Virus record (IMG/VR): IMGVR_UViG_3300037470_000016
Span: 1 to 26,994 of that record
Direction: 5' to 3' (one strand)
From: a virus
Taxonomy: Duplodnaviria; Caudoviricetes
Length of the DNA stretch: 26,994 nt
The notes below the pieces were generated by a model. It ran no database searches. It was not told the DNA's origin and saw only the letters and a list, made by a program, of their open reading frames with translations. Shown here piece after piece: positions 1 through 6,402 of this stretch; the first letter of the stretch is position 1; the number at the start of each line of letters is the position of its first letter. The translations under genes and the position numbers were made by a program.

Positions 1-1
1 A

Positions 2-310
2 CCCAAAGTCGGCCACAACGCCTGGACCTACGGCGCTCAGGGCATTGAACGTGACGCTGTTCACGAGCGTGCCAGTGGTGGTCACCATTCCCGCACCGAG
101 GTTCGGTCCGGGTAGTGCGATGTTCACCGTGCTGACTCCGTCAGAGAACTCGACAGGCCACGCATTGGCCGTAACGGCAGGAGTTCCCTGGTTGGCCGTT
201 ACCGTTCCTCCTCCAGAGGAGATGGTGCCGGTGACGGTGATACTTCCGTCTGCTCCGATGAGCAGCTTGTCTCCGTTGTCGTCGGAGATTCCTACATACT
301 GACTCGGCAT
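2..310 (-). CDS. Putative virion/tail structural protein, 3' end runs off the window (MPSQYVGISDDNGDKLLIGADGSITVTG...)
   Basis: Hand translation: ATG at 310, 3 nt after the upstream stop, frame open to the window edge. Thr/Gly/Val-rich beta-type composition. Not in the ORF track because it is truncated. Confidence 0.7.
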   Translation of the reverse strand, partial: MPSQYVGISDDNGDKLLIGADGSITVTGTISSGGGTVTANQGTPAVTANAWPVEFSDGVSTVNIALPGPNLGAGMVTTTGTLVNSVTFNALSAVGPGVVADFG

Positions 311-313
311 GCC

Positions 314-580
314 TTACGCTCCCTGATATGCCTGGCCTGTCGCGTCAGAGATTCTCATCGCATCGTCGATCTGGGCCTGTGTGGTCCCACGAGGCTGCAC
401 GCCCTGGCGGCGTGCATCTCGATAGGATTCTAGCTCCCCGTCCCAGCTCTTGGTTCGCTGGGTGTCGCTCAGGTTCGGATTGAGCTGAAGGTTCTTGGAC
501 CTCATGCACTCACCGAACGTCTTGTGATCCTTGGTCAGGCAGGCGGAGGAACAGTTCTTCCCCTTCTTCACCCTTGGCAC
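314..580 (-). CDS. Hypothetical protein, Cys/His-containing (CSSAC...H...EC)
   Basis: ORF 314..607 in track. GTG at 580 has GAGGAG 5 nt upstream and is the preferred start. Confidence 0.7.
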   Translation of the reverse strand: MPRVKKGKNCSSACLTKDHKTFGECMRSKNLQLNPNLSDTQRTKSWDGELESYRDARRQGVQPRGTTQAQIDDAMRISDATGQAYQGA

Positions 581-623
581 GAGCACTCCTCGAAAGGCTT
601 CTTGCACAGCATGCAGGTAGGCA

Positions 624-821
624 TTACTGGTTCCTCGCGATGTCTGCGTTTAGCCAGAACATGGCCTCTTCCACCTTGGTGATGGCCAGAGCCTTCTCCC
701 GGCTTGCCGATGCGACCTCGTTGATCACATTGAAGAATGCATCGGCAGCCTCTCGGGCTGCCTGGTGCTTGTCGATGGTCTCGTCACCCTTGGGTGGGTG
801 ATGCTTGAACCGCTCGTCCAT
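624..821 (-). CDS. Acb2/Tad1-like helical-hairpin protein, candidate immune-signal (cyclic nucleotide) sponge
   Basis: SREKALAITKVEEAMFWLNADIARN resembles the recalled Tad1 C-terminal motif [21 protein letters not shown]. TGATG coupling to the upstream gene. Confidence 0.65.
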   Translation of the reverse strand: MDERFKHHPPKGDETIDKHQAAREAADAFFNVINEVASASREKALAITKVEEAMFWLNADIARNQ

Positions 822-1066
822 CAGTCTCGGTCTCCCATAGAGTTGGTGGTGTAGATGCCCTGCTTGTGGCTGTCATGGTCGGAACCAAGCTCGGCGAACT
901 GATGCCTGGAGAGAAGCTTAAAGATTCCCTGCTCCAGGATGCCCTTCTCGTTGTTCTCCGTCAGCGTGCTGTTGCCGCCAGGTCCAACCTTGCACATGTC
1001 ACAGTCCATGCATGGGTGGAACTCTGGATCGCAAGGCTGCTTCGCCGGATCGTATACGTAGCTCAT
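821..1066 (-). CDS. Hypothetical small Cys-rich protein
   Basis: 81 aa, CDPEFHPCMDCDMC; start/stop overlaps with both neighbours. Confidence 0.7.
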   Translation of the reverse strand: MSYVYDPAKQPCDPEFHPCMDCDMCKVGPGGNSTLTENNEKGILEQGIFKLLSRHQFAELGSDHDSHKQGIYTTNSMGDRD

Positions 1067-2307
1067 GGTGTTGCCGTCCTTACGGGAGCGCTGGTCAGTC
1101 CAGTGGCAGTGACCACGTTGCCCTGCTGGTAGATGGTGTTGGTCGCCTGGACAATGCCAGTCGTGTTGGCGTGGACGTAAGCGGTGTCCACCTGGATGCA
1201 GGCGCTGCCGTTGAACGATCCACCGATCTGAGGTGAGTTGGTTCCGGTACCGTCATCATCGATGCCTGGATACTGAGTCCAGCCACTGATCACGATCGGA
1301 GTGGTAGCCGCCGCCACGAAGACGGCGGCGTAACCGCCACCTCCAGCACCATTGTTCCTGCCGTCCCGACGAGTCATGAGACCGTCGATGATGATGGGAG
1401 CGTTGCCGGTGGAGGTGATGTCCAGTCCGTTCTGAGCGTTCCGGTCGGTGGAGCAACCCACCATGACCAGTCCACCAGAACCCTGGCCGGTGCCGAAGTT
1501 CCCCTGGATCTTGTATCCATGGGCATCGGACCATTCTGCACGACAGTTGGTCAGCCTGGAGTTCGGCATGTTGGACAGGATCCAATTGGATCCACCGGAG
1601 CCGATGGAGATTACGTCGTAGGCGGTGAAGTCGGAGTGGTTGATCAGCTCGATGCCGTTGCCTACAGCGTTGTCTACGACAACGCGGTTCATGGTCCAGG
1701 AGAACGGCTGGGAGGCATTCTCCGTGAACGTGTAGATCCCCTTGCCCTTGACTGCCTTGATGGCCACGTCACGGAGTACAACTCCGTGGATGTAGTCACT
1801 GGCCTGGATCCCGTGCAGACCAGCCGGTCCGTTGGTACCGTCAATGGTCAGGTTGTAGATGCGCTGCTCGGCAGACTTGTTGGAGTAACCGCCTGCGGTC
1901 TGTCCCAGCATGACGATGACTGCCCCGCCGACGAACTCGGCGACAGGGTTGAGGTATGACTGAACGGTCAGCTGGTTGGGGTTGAAGATCTGGTCACCGT
2001 GCGCACCGTAGAAGGTGACGCGAGGATGGAGAGTGATCGGAGCGGAAACGTTGAAGTGCCCACCGGACAGCCTGACGATTCCACCTCCAGCAGAGTTGGC
2101 GCTGTCGATGGCTGCCTGGATCTCCACCTGATCGGCGGTTCCATCACAGACATAGTCCGCCTTCTGGCGGACGTGGCTGGTTGCATCATTCGCAGCCACC
2201 AGCCAGTAGTAGGTCTCACCCGCAGTGCGGGTATCGAGTGCAGTGAATGCTGCATTGACCGGAACGTCCCAGTTGGACGTTCCCCTTGCGATCGGAACGT
2301 AAGTCAC
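1063..2307 (-). CDS. Tail spike / receptor-binding protein with right-handed parallel beta-helix (pectate-lyase-like)
   Basis: ADYVCDGTADQVEIQAAID...GGGIVRLSGG leader followed by Asn/Gly-rich beta-helix repeats. Confidence 0.8.
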   Translation of the reverse strand: MTYVPIARGTSNWDVPVNAAFTALDTRTAGETYYWLVAANDATSHVRQKADYVCDGTADQVEIQAAIDSANSAGGGIVRLSGGHFNVSAPITLHPRVTFYGAHGDQIFNPNQLTVQSYLNPVAEFVGGAVIVMLGQTAGGYSNKSAEQRIYNLTIDGTNGPAGLHGIQASDYIHGVVLRDVAIKAVKGKGIYTFTENASQPFSWTMNRVVVDNAVGNGIELINHSDFTAYDVISIGSGGSNWILSNMPNSRLTNCRAEWSDAHGYKIQGNFGTGQGSGGLVMVGCSTDRNAQNGLDITSTGNAPIIIDGLMTRRDGRNNGAGGGGYAAVFVAAATTPIVISGWTQYPGIDDDGTGTNSPQIGGSFNGSACIQVDTAYVHANTTGIVQATNTIYQQGNVVTATGLTSAPVRTATP

Positions 2308-2687
2308 TCTCCGAACCTTCCCTCTCCGAACCCGCCGAAGCCGAATGTGCCGGGCACTGGCCCGAAGTTGTCTTCAGTGGCCACGCCTGAACTGATCAGG
2401 CAGGCCTTCACCGCATCGGAGACGATGTGCTCGTATCCACCACGGAAGTAGTGCAGCCCCGCAGAGGGCTGCTCCCAGAAGTTGGGATCTCCCCATCCTC
2501 CTGCTGGAGTGGGGATGTTGACTGCGCCAAGCTCGTTGGTGTATGAGTCGTAGCGCACTTCAACGTATGTGCAAGGGCTGATCTCCTTGACGGAGATCCC
2601 CCTCGGCATCCTGAAACGCTCGTGGAGAGGGTTCCAGGCGAAAGGAGCCTCATCCACAGTGTTGAGGGTGTAAAGCCAGTCAGCCAT
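2304..2687 (-). CDS. Hypothetical virion protein
   Basis: 127 aa in the late operon; GTGA overlap with the tail spike gene. Confidence 0.7.
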   Translation of the reverse strand: MADWLYTLNTVDEAPFAWNPLHERFRMPRGISVKEISPCTYVEVRYDSYTNELGAVNIPTPAGGWGDPNFWEQPSAGLHYFRGGYEHIVSDAVKACLISSGVATEDNFGPVPGTFGFGGFGEGRFGE

Positions 2688-2704
2688 GGATGAGGCTCCT
2701 CAGA

Positions 2705-3034
2705 TCACGCCGCTGCTGCGTCGTACTCGTTGATGATGAACCAGGCAGTTCCGTTGGAGACGAAAGTCTTCGCGTGAACCTGACCGGTGATCAGGGTGGT
2801 GCTTGCTCCACCGTCGATGGTCTCAGCTCCCGCTGGGTCGATGGTGATGGTCTGGGCCGCGTTGTCCTTGTAGACAGTGTACGGACGGCCAGGCTGTAGA
2901 GCAGTCACGGATGGAAGGGTGATGGTAACTGCTCCACCCGCTCCGATGACGAGAAGAACGTAGTCATTCTGAGTCATCGTGGTGGACACTGCGGTAGTGC
3001 GCAGCGTAAGGCTGGTGTTATCTGCTCCGGACAT
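2705..3034 (-). CDS. Small beta-rich structural protein (decoration or fibre-like)
   Basis: 109 aa, AAGGAGG RBS, VTITLPS...TITIDPAGAETIDG motif typical of phage fibre/decoration domains; directly after the capsid gene. Confidence 0.65.
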   Translation of the reverse strand: MSGADNTSLTLRTTAVSTTMTQNDYVLLVIGAGGAVTITLPSVTALQPGRPYTVYKDNAAQTITIDPAGAETIDGGASTTLITGQVHAKTFVSNGTAWFIINEYDAAAA

Positions 3035-3051
3035 GGAGCCTCCTTGGATAT

Positions 3052-3082
3052 AGAAGAAGGGGCCCGCCGAAGCGGGCCCCTT
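3052..3082 (-). terminator. Intrinsic terminator after the major capsid gene
   Basis: Minus strand AAGGGGCCCGC-TTCG-GCGGGCCCCTT followed by CTTCT. Confidence 0.8.
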
Positions 3083-3089
3083 TCATTCA

Positions 3090-4055
3090 TCAGGTGTTGA
3101 CTGCGATGGAGCTAGCAGACTCGGCCCTGATGAGGGCCTCCTGACGGTACAGGCTCCAGCCCGCAACGCCGTACCAACCCAGAGGCTGGAGGCGCTGGAG
3201 CTTGTCGACCACGGGACCGCGCACAGTGTGGAACTCCTCCGCGACAGCCTCGGCCAGGGCCTGCTGTCCAGTGAAGTACGTGTTGTACACGTCCACAGTG
3301 CCACCGGCTCCGCCGTTGACGTTCACGTTCGCACGAGGAGTCTCGATGAAGACGGCTCCCTCGTACTCTCCGATCTCTCCAGCCCAGATGTTCTGAGCAG
3401 AAGAGTAGCTGTGCGGCAGACGCCATCCGGCGTCTCCGGTCTCAGCACGGAGGTCGTGCGATACCTCGGGGTGAATGTACGCGGTGTAGAAGCTTCCCTT
3501 GTTGGGGTGCACCTTGTTGGTGCGAAGCTTCGCGACAGCCAGACGAACCCATGCAGACGCGAACGTGTCGGCTGCGGTGGTTCCTACAGTGGTCTGCGCA
3601 CCGTTGTACACGGGACCAGAGGCACCGTTGTCACGGATGTAGTTCGTTCCACCGTCAAGGACGGCACGGACTACGGTGTCAACCGAGTCTCCTAGGTTCC
3701 ACGCCACCTGGTTGACGAGACCTGCGGTCACGTCAGTGAAGCTGAACAGATCCAGCTTGTTGGAGACGAGGATCGAGTTACCGTACTCGTTCAGAGTAAC
3801 GGAAACAGTGGTTGGGTTACCGGCAGCTACTGCGTCCGGATCAACCAGCTCGTTCAGTGGCGTAGTCGCCACTGCGAGATCCTGGTACAGCGAGAAGACT
3901 ACGCTGGAACCAGGCATGGCCTGCTGTACCGGTCGCTTGTCAGCGATGGAACGGAACAGAGGCTGTGCACGGAGAGCGAACTCAAGTGCACGGTCGTACG
4001 TGGTCTGGACGAGATTGCTCATCGCCGCAGTACCAGTGAAGGCGTTAGCCACCAC
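3090..4055 (-). CDS. Major capsid protein (N4-gp56-like family, HK97 fold)
   Basis: 321 aa; VTLNEYGN, YIHPEVSHDL, GEIGEYEGAVFIET and VDKLQR..LGWYG motifs; follows the scaffold gene and precedes a terminator. Confidence 0.9.
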   Translation of the reverse strand: MVANAFTGTAAMSNLVQTTYDRALEFALRAQPLFRSIADKRPVQQAMPGSSVVFSLYQDLAVATTPLNELVDPDAVAAGNPTTVSVTLNEYGNSILVSNKLDLFSFTDVTAGLVNQVAWNLGDSVDTVVRAVLDGGTNYIRDNGASGPVYNGAQTTVGTTAADTFASAWVRLAVAKLRTNKVHPNKGSFYTAYIHPEVSHDLRAETGDAGWRLPHSYSSAQNIWAGEIGEYEGAVFIETPRANVNVNGGAGGTVDVYNTYFTGQQALAEAVAEEFHTVRGPVVDKLQRLQPLGWYGVAGWSLYRQEALIRAESASSIAVNT

Positions 4056-4077
4056 TACCCCCTAGGGGTTACCGGAC

Positions 4078-4557
4078 TTACAGCGTCTTCCACGCTGCGA
4101 GTAGTCCGTTGAGATCAGTAGCGTCGTTGATCCGAGCGTTCGCTGCCTCGACGTTGCCGAGGGGCTGACCCTGCTGTCCCGCATCGTTCATGCGGTTGAA
4201 CTGAGCCTGCTGTTCTGGAGTCAGAGCCGGAGGGCTCTGCTGCTGGTCAACTGGATTCTGGGTGTTCGGCATTCCCGAACCACCGCCGAAGATAGTCTGC
4301 ATAGTGGTCGCCCACTCGCGGACCTTCTCCGGGTCCGCCTCTCCCGTGTACTGCGATGCGGCAGCGGCGGGGATGCCAAGCGTGCTGAGGGTGCTCGTCA
4401 CCGCAGTCTCACGGAGCTGCTTGTTCACGGCGGCCAGTCCGTTTGCAAGCTCGGTGTTCTGCTGCTTCAGAGCGACGTATGCGTCACGAAGTGCCTTAGG
4501 CCCATCTGCCGGTGGCGTGGCCAGGTTCGTGTCGTCCTCGATACCCCAGTTGCTCAT
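4078..4557 (-). CDS. Capsid scaffolding protein
   Basis: 159 aa, acidic N-terminus plus coiled coil, immediately upstream of the capsid gene; AGGAG RBS. Confidence 0.7.
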   Translation of the reverse strand: MSNWGIEDDTNLATPPADGPKALRDAYVALKQQNTELANGLAAVNKQLRETAVTSTLSTLGIPAAAASQYTGEADPEKVREWATTMQTIFGGGSGMPNTQNPVDQQQSPPALTPEQQAQFNRMNDAGQQGQPLGNVEAANARINDATDLNGLLAAWKTL

Positions 4558-4583
4558 GATTCTCCTAGAAAGTAGTGCATGCC

Positions 4584-4612
4584 AAAAACCCCGGCTAGGG
4601 AACCGGGGTCTC
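4584..4612 (-). terminator. Terminator-like hairpin between the tRNA cluster and the scaffold gene
   Basis: Minus strand GAGACCCCGG-TTCCCTAG-CCGGGGTTTTT. Confidence 0.5.
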
Positions 4613-4670
4613 GCTCATGCCGTGATGCCAGTCTTCACTACAGTACTGCCTGCTGGCGACAGCGTACCGG

Positions 4671-4741
4671 TACCCAATGACGGAATCGAACCGCCGTGAT
4701 CTCTTTGTAAGAGAGACGTTCTCCCATTGAACTAATCGGGC
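4671..4741 (-). tRNA. tRNA-Val(UAC)
   Basis: Cloverleaf: GCCCGAT/ATTGGGT acceptor, TCTCT-CTTACAA-AGAGA, GTTCGATTC T-loop, A73. Confidence 0.9.
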
Positions 4742-4812
4742 TTGTCGTCCGGTAGTCGGGAGTATTTCGCCCGACTCAATACAATCAGCCCCGGTTGCCC
4801 GGCTGATCAAAG

Positions 4813-4879
4813 TAGACCTGCGGGGAGTCGAACCCCGATCTCTCGCTTAGGAGGCGAGACTGCGTCCTTCACCAGGTCA
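4813..4879 (-). tRNA. tRNA-Arg(CCU), non-canonical with reduced D-arm
   Basis: TGACCTG/CAGGTCT acceptor, TCTCGC-CTCCTAA-GCGAGA, CGGGG-TTCGACT-CCCCG; D region GTGAAGGACGC; 67 nt. Confidence 0.75.
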
Positions 4880-4880
4880 G

Positions 4881-4951
4881 CTCTCATACCAGGATTCGAA
4901 CCTAGATCCGACGGTTAACAGCCGCCTGCACTACCCTTGTGCTATACGAGA
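4881..4951 (-). tRNA. tRNA-Asn(GUU)
   Basis: TCTCGTA/TATGAGA, GGCGG-CTGTTAA-CCGTC, G73. Confidence 0.9.
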
Positions 4952-4957
4952 TTGAGG

Positions 4958-5323
4958 CTAGCGCTTTGGGCGCTTGCCGCTCCCCTTGTTGCGACCCTTA
5001 TAGGTGTCTAGCTGACTGTCGCAGTTGGGGCAAATCATTCGGAGGTTTGGCCTGCTGTGGTCGGTTGCATCTCCAGAGATGTGATCGAGGATAAAGACTA
5101 GTTCTCGATCGTTGTGAATCTGACTGCATCCGCAGATGTCACACAGGCCGCTCTGATCATTCAGAACGTATACTCGCATCCAGTGAGTGCGGCTGGTGTG
5201 ATACTGACCCACGCCAGTTTCCAGCCATGCCTCAATCTTGCCAGCTATCAGCTTGGCCTGCTGGCACTTGGCGTTGCAGTAGGATGCCTTGACGTCAGAT
5301 CCACAGTGCTTACACTTATTCAC
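4958..5323 (-). CDS. HNH endonuclease (free-standing homing-endonuclease type) within the tRNA cluster
   Basis: CKHC..YCNAKC zinc motif; CDICG...LDHISGDATDHSRPNLRMICPNCD HNH motif. Confidence 0.9.
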   Translation of the reverse strand: MNKCKHCGSDVKASYCNAKCQQAKLIAGKIEAWLETGVGQYHTSRTHWMRVYVLNDQSGLCDICGCSQIHNDRELVFILDHISGDATDHSRPNLRMICPNCDSQLDTYKGRNKGSGKRPKR

Positions 5324-5324
5324 G

Positions 5325-5399
5325 AGCCTGATGCAGGAATTGAACCCGCGTACTCCTACTTACTAGGTAGGTGCTAAAGCCAGCATTAGCTAATCAGGC
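5325..5399 (-). tRNA. tRNA-Thr(AGU)
   Basis: GCCTGAT/ATCAGGC, CCTAC-CTAGTAA-GTAGG; G1-C72, C2-G71 and G35U36 fit Thr identity. Confidence 0.85.
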
Positions 5400-5400
5400 G

Positions 5401-5474
5401 TGATTCAGGTGGGACTTGAACCCACATTCTCCCGGGGTAAGAGCCCGATGCACTTCCATTTGTGCGACTGAATC
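5401..5474 (-). tRNA. tRNA-Lys(CUU)
   Basis: GATTCAG/CTGAATC, TCGGG-CTCTTAC-CCCGG, A73. Confidence 0.9.
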
Positions 5475-5478
5475 AAGG

Positions 5479-5550
5479 TACCTCACGAGGGACTCGAACC
5501 CCCATCACCAAGTTCGTAGCCTGGTGTCCTGTCCTTTGAACGAGTGAGGC
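5479..5550 (-). tRNA. tRNA-Arg(ACG)
   Basis: GCCTCAC/GTGAGGT, CCAGG-CTACGAA-CTTGG. Confidence 0.9.
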
Positions 5551-5552
5551 GG

Positions 5553-5623
5553 GGTGACCAGAGGGAATCGAACCCTCGCAGCCAGGGACACAACCTGGCA
5601 GGCTACCATTACAACATGGTCAC
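5553..5623 (-). tRNA. tRNA-His(GUG)
   Basis: GTGACCA/TGGTCAC, C73, GCCAGG-TTGTGTC-CCTGGC; encoded -1 base is T, not G. Confidence 0.85.
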
Positions 5624-5625
5624 AG

Positions 5626-5696
5626 TGCCGATCCGTGGAATCGAACCACAGCCCCCGGGTTTTCAGGCCGGTGCTCTACCACTGAGCTAGAAGGGC
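5626..5696 (-). tRNA. tRNA-Phe(GAA)
   Basis: Canonical D and T arms, loop CTGAAAA; two acceptor mismatches and C31-C39 mismatch. Confidence 0.8.
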
Positions 5697-5699
5697 AAA

Positions 5700-5734
5700 G
5701 CCACGCTTGTGCGCCATGGTGCGTGACGACCATG
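5700..5734 (-). ncRNA. Predicted H-type pseudoknot filling the Glu-Phe spacer
   Basis: CATGGT-C-GTCACGC-ACCATG-GCGCACAA-GCGTGGC: 6-bp and 7-bp crossing stems. Confidence 0.5.
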
Positions 5735-5737
5735 AAG

Positions 5738-5809
5738 TACTCCATCGGGGAGTTGAACCCCGCCTAGCAGGTTGAGAACCTGATGTGCTAACCGCTACAC
5801 AAATGGAGC
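5738..5809 (-). tRNA. tRNA-Glu(CUC)
   Basis: GCTCCAT/ATGGAGT, CAGG-TTCTCAA-CCTG. Confidence 0.9.
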
Positions 5810-5814
5810 AAGAG

Positions 5815-5891
5815 AGCCTGTGGAGGGATTCGAACCCTCACTTGTACGGTTTCTAAGACCGACGCCTCTACCAATTGGGACATACACAGGC
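5815..5891 (-). tRNA. tRNA-Leu(UAG), short variable region, U73
   Basis: GCCTGTG/CACAGGC, CGGT-CTTAGAA-ACCG, Leu-like D-loop CCAATTGGTAGA. Confidence 0.8.
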
Positions 5892-5937
5892 ATTGTCCAC
5901 GCTGTGGACATCACGTCACGACGAAGTCGTGATGCGG

Positions 5938-6009
5938 CGCATATGAAGGGAATCGAACCCTCGACGAGTCGCTCGACAGGCGACCGTTCTACCATTGAAC
6001 TACATATGC
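5938..6009 (-). tRNA. tRNA-Asp(GUC)
   Basis: GCATATG/CATATGC, GTCGC-CTGTCGA-GCGAC, G73. Confidence 0.92.
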
Positions 6010-6012
6010 AAG

Positions 6013-6087
6013 TGGTACAGAAGCAGGGAGTTGAACCCTGATCGTCGGTGTATCAGACCGATGCTCTAACCATTGAGCTACCTCTGA
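6013..6087 (-). tRNA. tRNA-Ile(GAU)
   Basis: TCGGT-CTGATAC-ACCGA; U1-U72 mismatch; the only tRNA here with encoded CCA. Confidence 0.9.
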
Positions 6088-6088
6088 G

Positions 6089-6157
6089 TGGAAACGGAGG
6101 GAATCGAACCCGTCCTGAGCCAGTTTGCAAAACTAGCCTGTCACCTTGACCATCCCC
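6089..6157 (-). tRNA. tRNA-Ala(UGC), non-canonical with reduced D-arm
   Basis: GGGGATG/CGTTTCC with G3-U70 and A73 (Ala identity); GCTAGT-TTTGCAA-ACTGGC; D hairpin GTCA-AGG-TGAC. Confidence 0.8.
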
Positions 6158-6161
6158 ATTG

Positions 6162-6229
6162 AGGCCCACCTCGGAGTCGAACCGAGCTGCGTCCCTTTGC
6201 AGGGGACGCCACTACCTTAGTAGCAGACC
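6162..6229 (-). tRNA. tRNA-Cys(GCA), non-canonical with reduced D-arm
   Basis: GGTCTGC/GTGGGCC, U73; GCGTCCC-CTGCAAA-GGGACGC; D hairpin ACTA-AGG-TAGT. Confidence 0.8.
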
Positions 6230-6233
6230 AGAG

Positions 6234-6314
6234 TTCCTCGTCTTGGAATCGAACCAAGCAAGCCGTCGCGCGACGCAGGGGTTACAGCCCCGCTTGTGTC
6301 CCAGCACCCAAGGA
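6234..6314 (-). tRNA. tRNA-Tyr(GUA), long variable arm, reduced D-arm
   Basis: GCGGGG-CTGTAAC-CCCTGC, variable hairpin GTCG-CG-CGAC, A73. Confidence 0.8.
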
Positions 6315-6315
6315 G

Positions 6316-6398
6316 CGGAGAGCAAAGGAGTCGAACCCTCGGGGGTTACCCCGGCCTGGTTTTCTAGACCAGTTGGGCACCACTGCCCGCTGCAATCC
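6316..6398 (-). tRNA. tRNA-Ser(AGA)
   Basis: CTGGT-CTAGAAA-ACCAG, long variable arm GGGG-TAA-CCCC, G73, 5-bp D-stem with 4-nt loop. Confidence 0.82.
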
Positions 6399-6402
6399 AA
6401 AG

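Noticed and set aside
4750-4785. Possible pseudoknot GTATT/AATAC in the Arg-Val spacer
   Set aside because: It would need a 1-nt loop spanning a 5-bp stem minor groove, which is sterically implausible.
6089-6157. Reading this element as tRNA-Cys(GCA) or as a tmRNA
   Set aside because: The stem register gives loop TTTGCAA (anticodon UGC), and G3-U70/A73 indicate Ala. The ends resemble a tmRNA tRNA-like domain, but there is no tag ORF or pseudoknot region.
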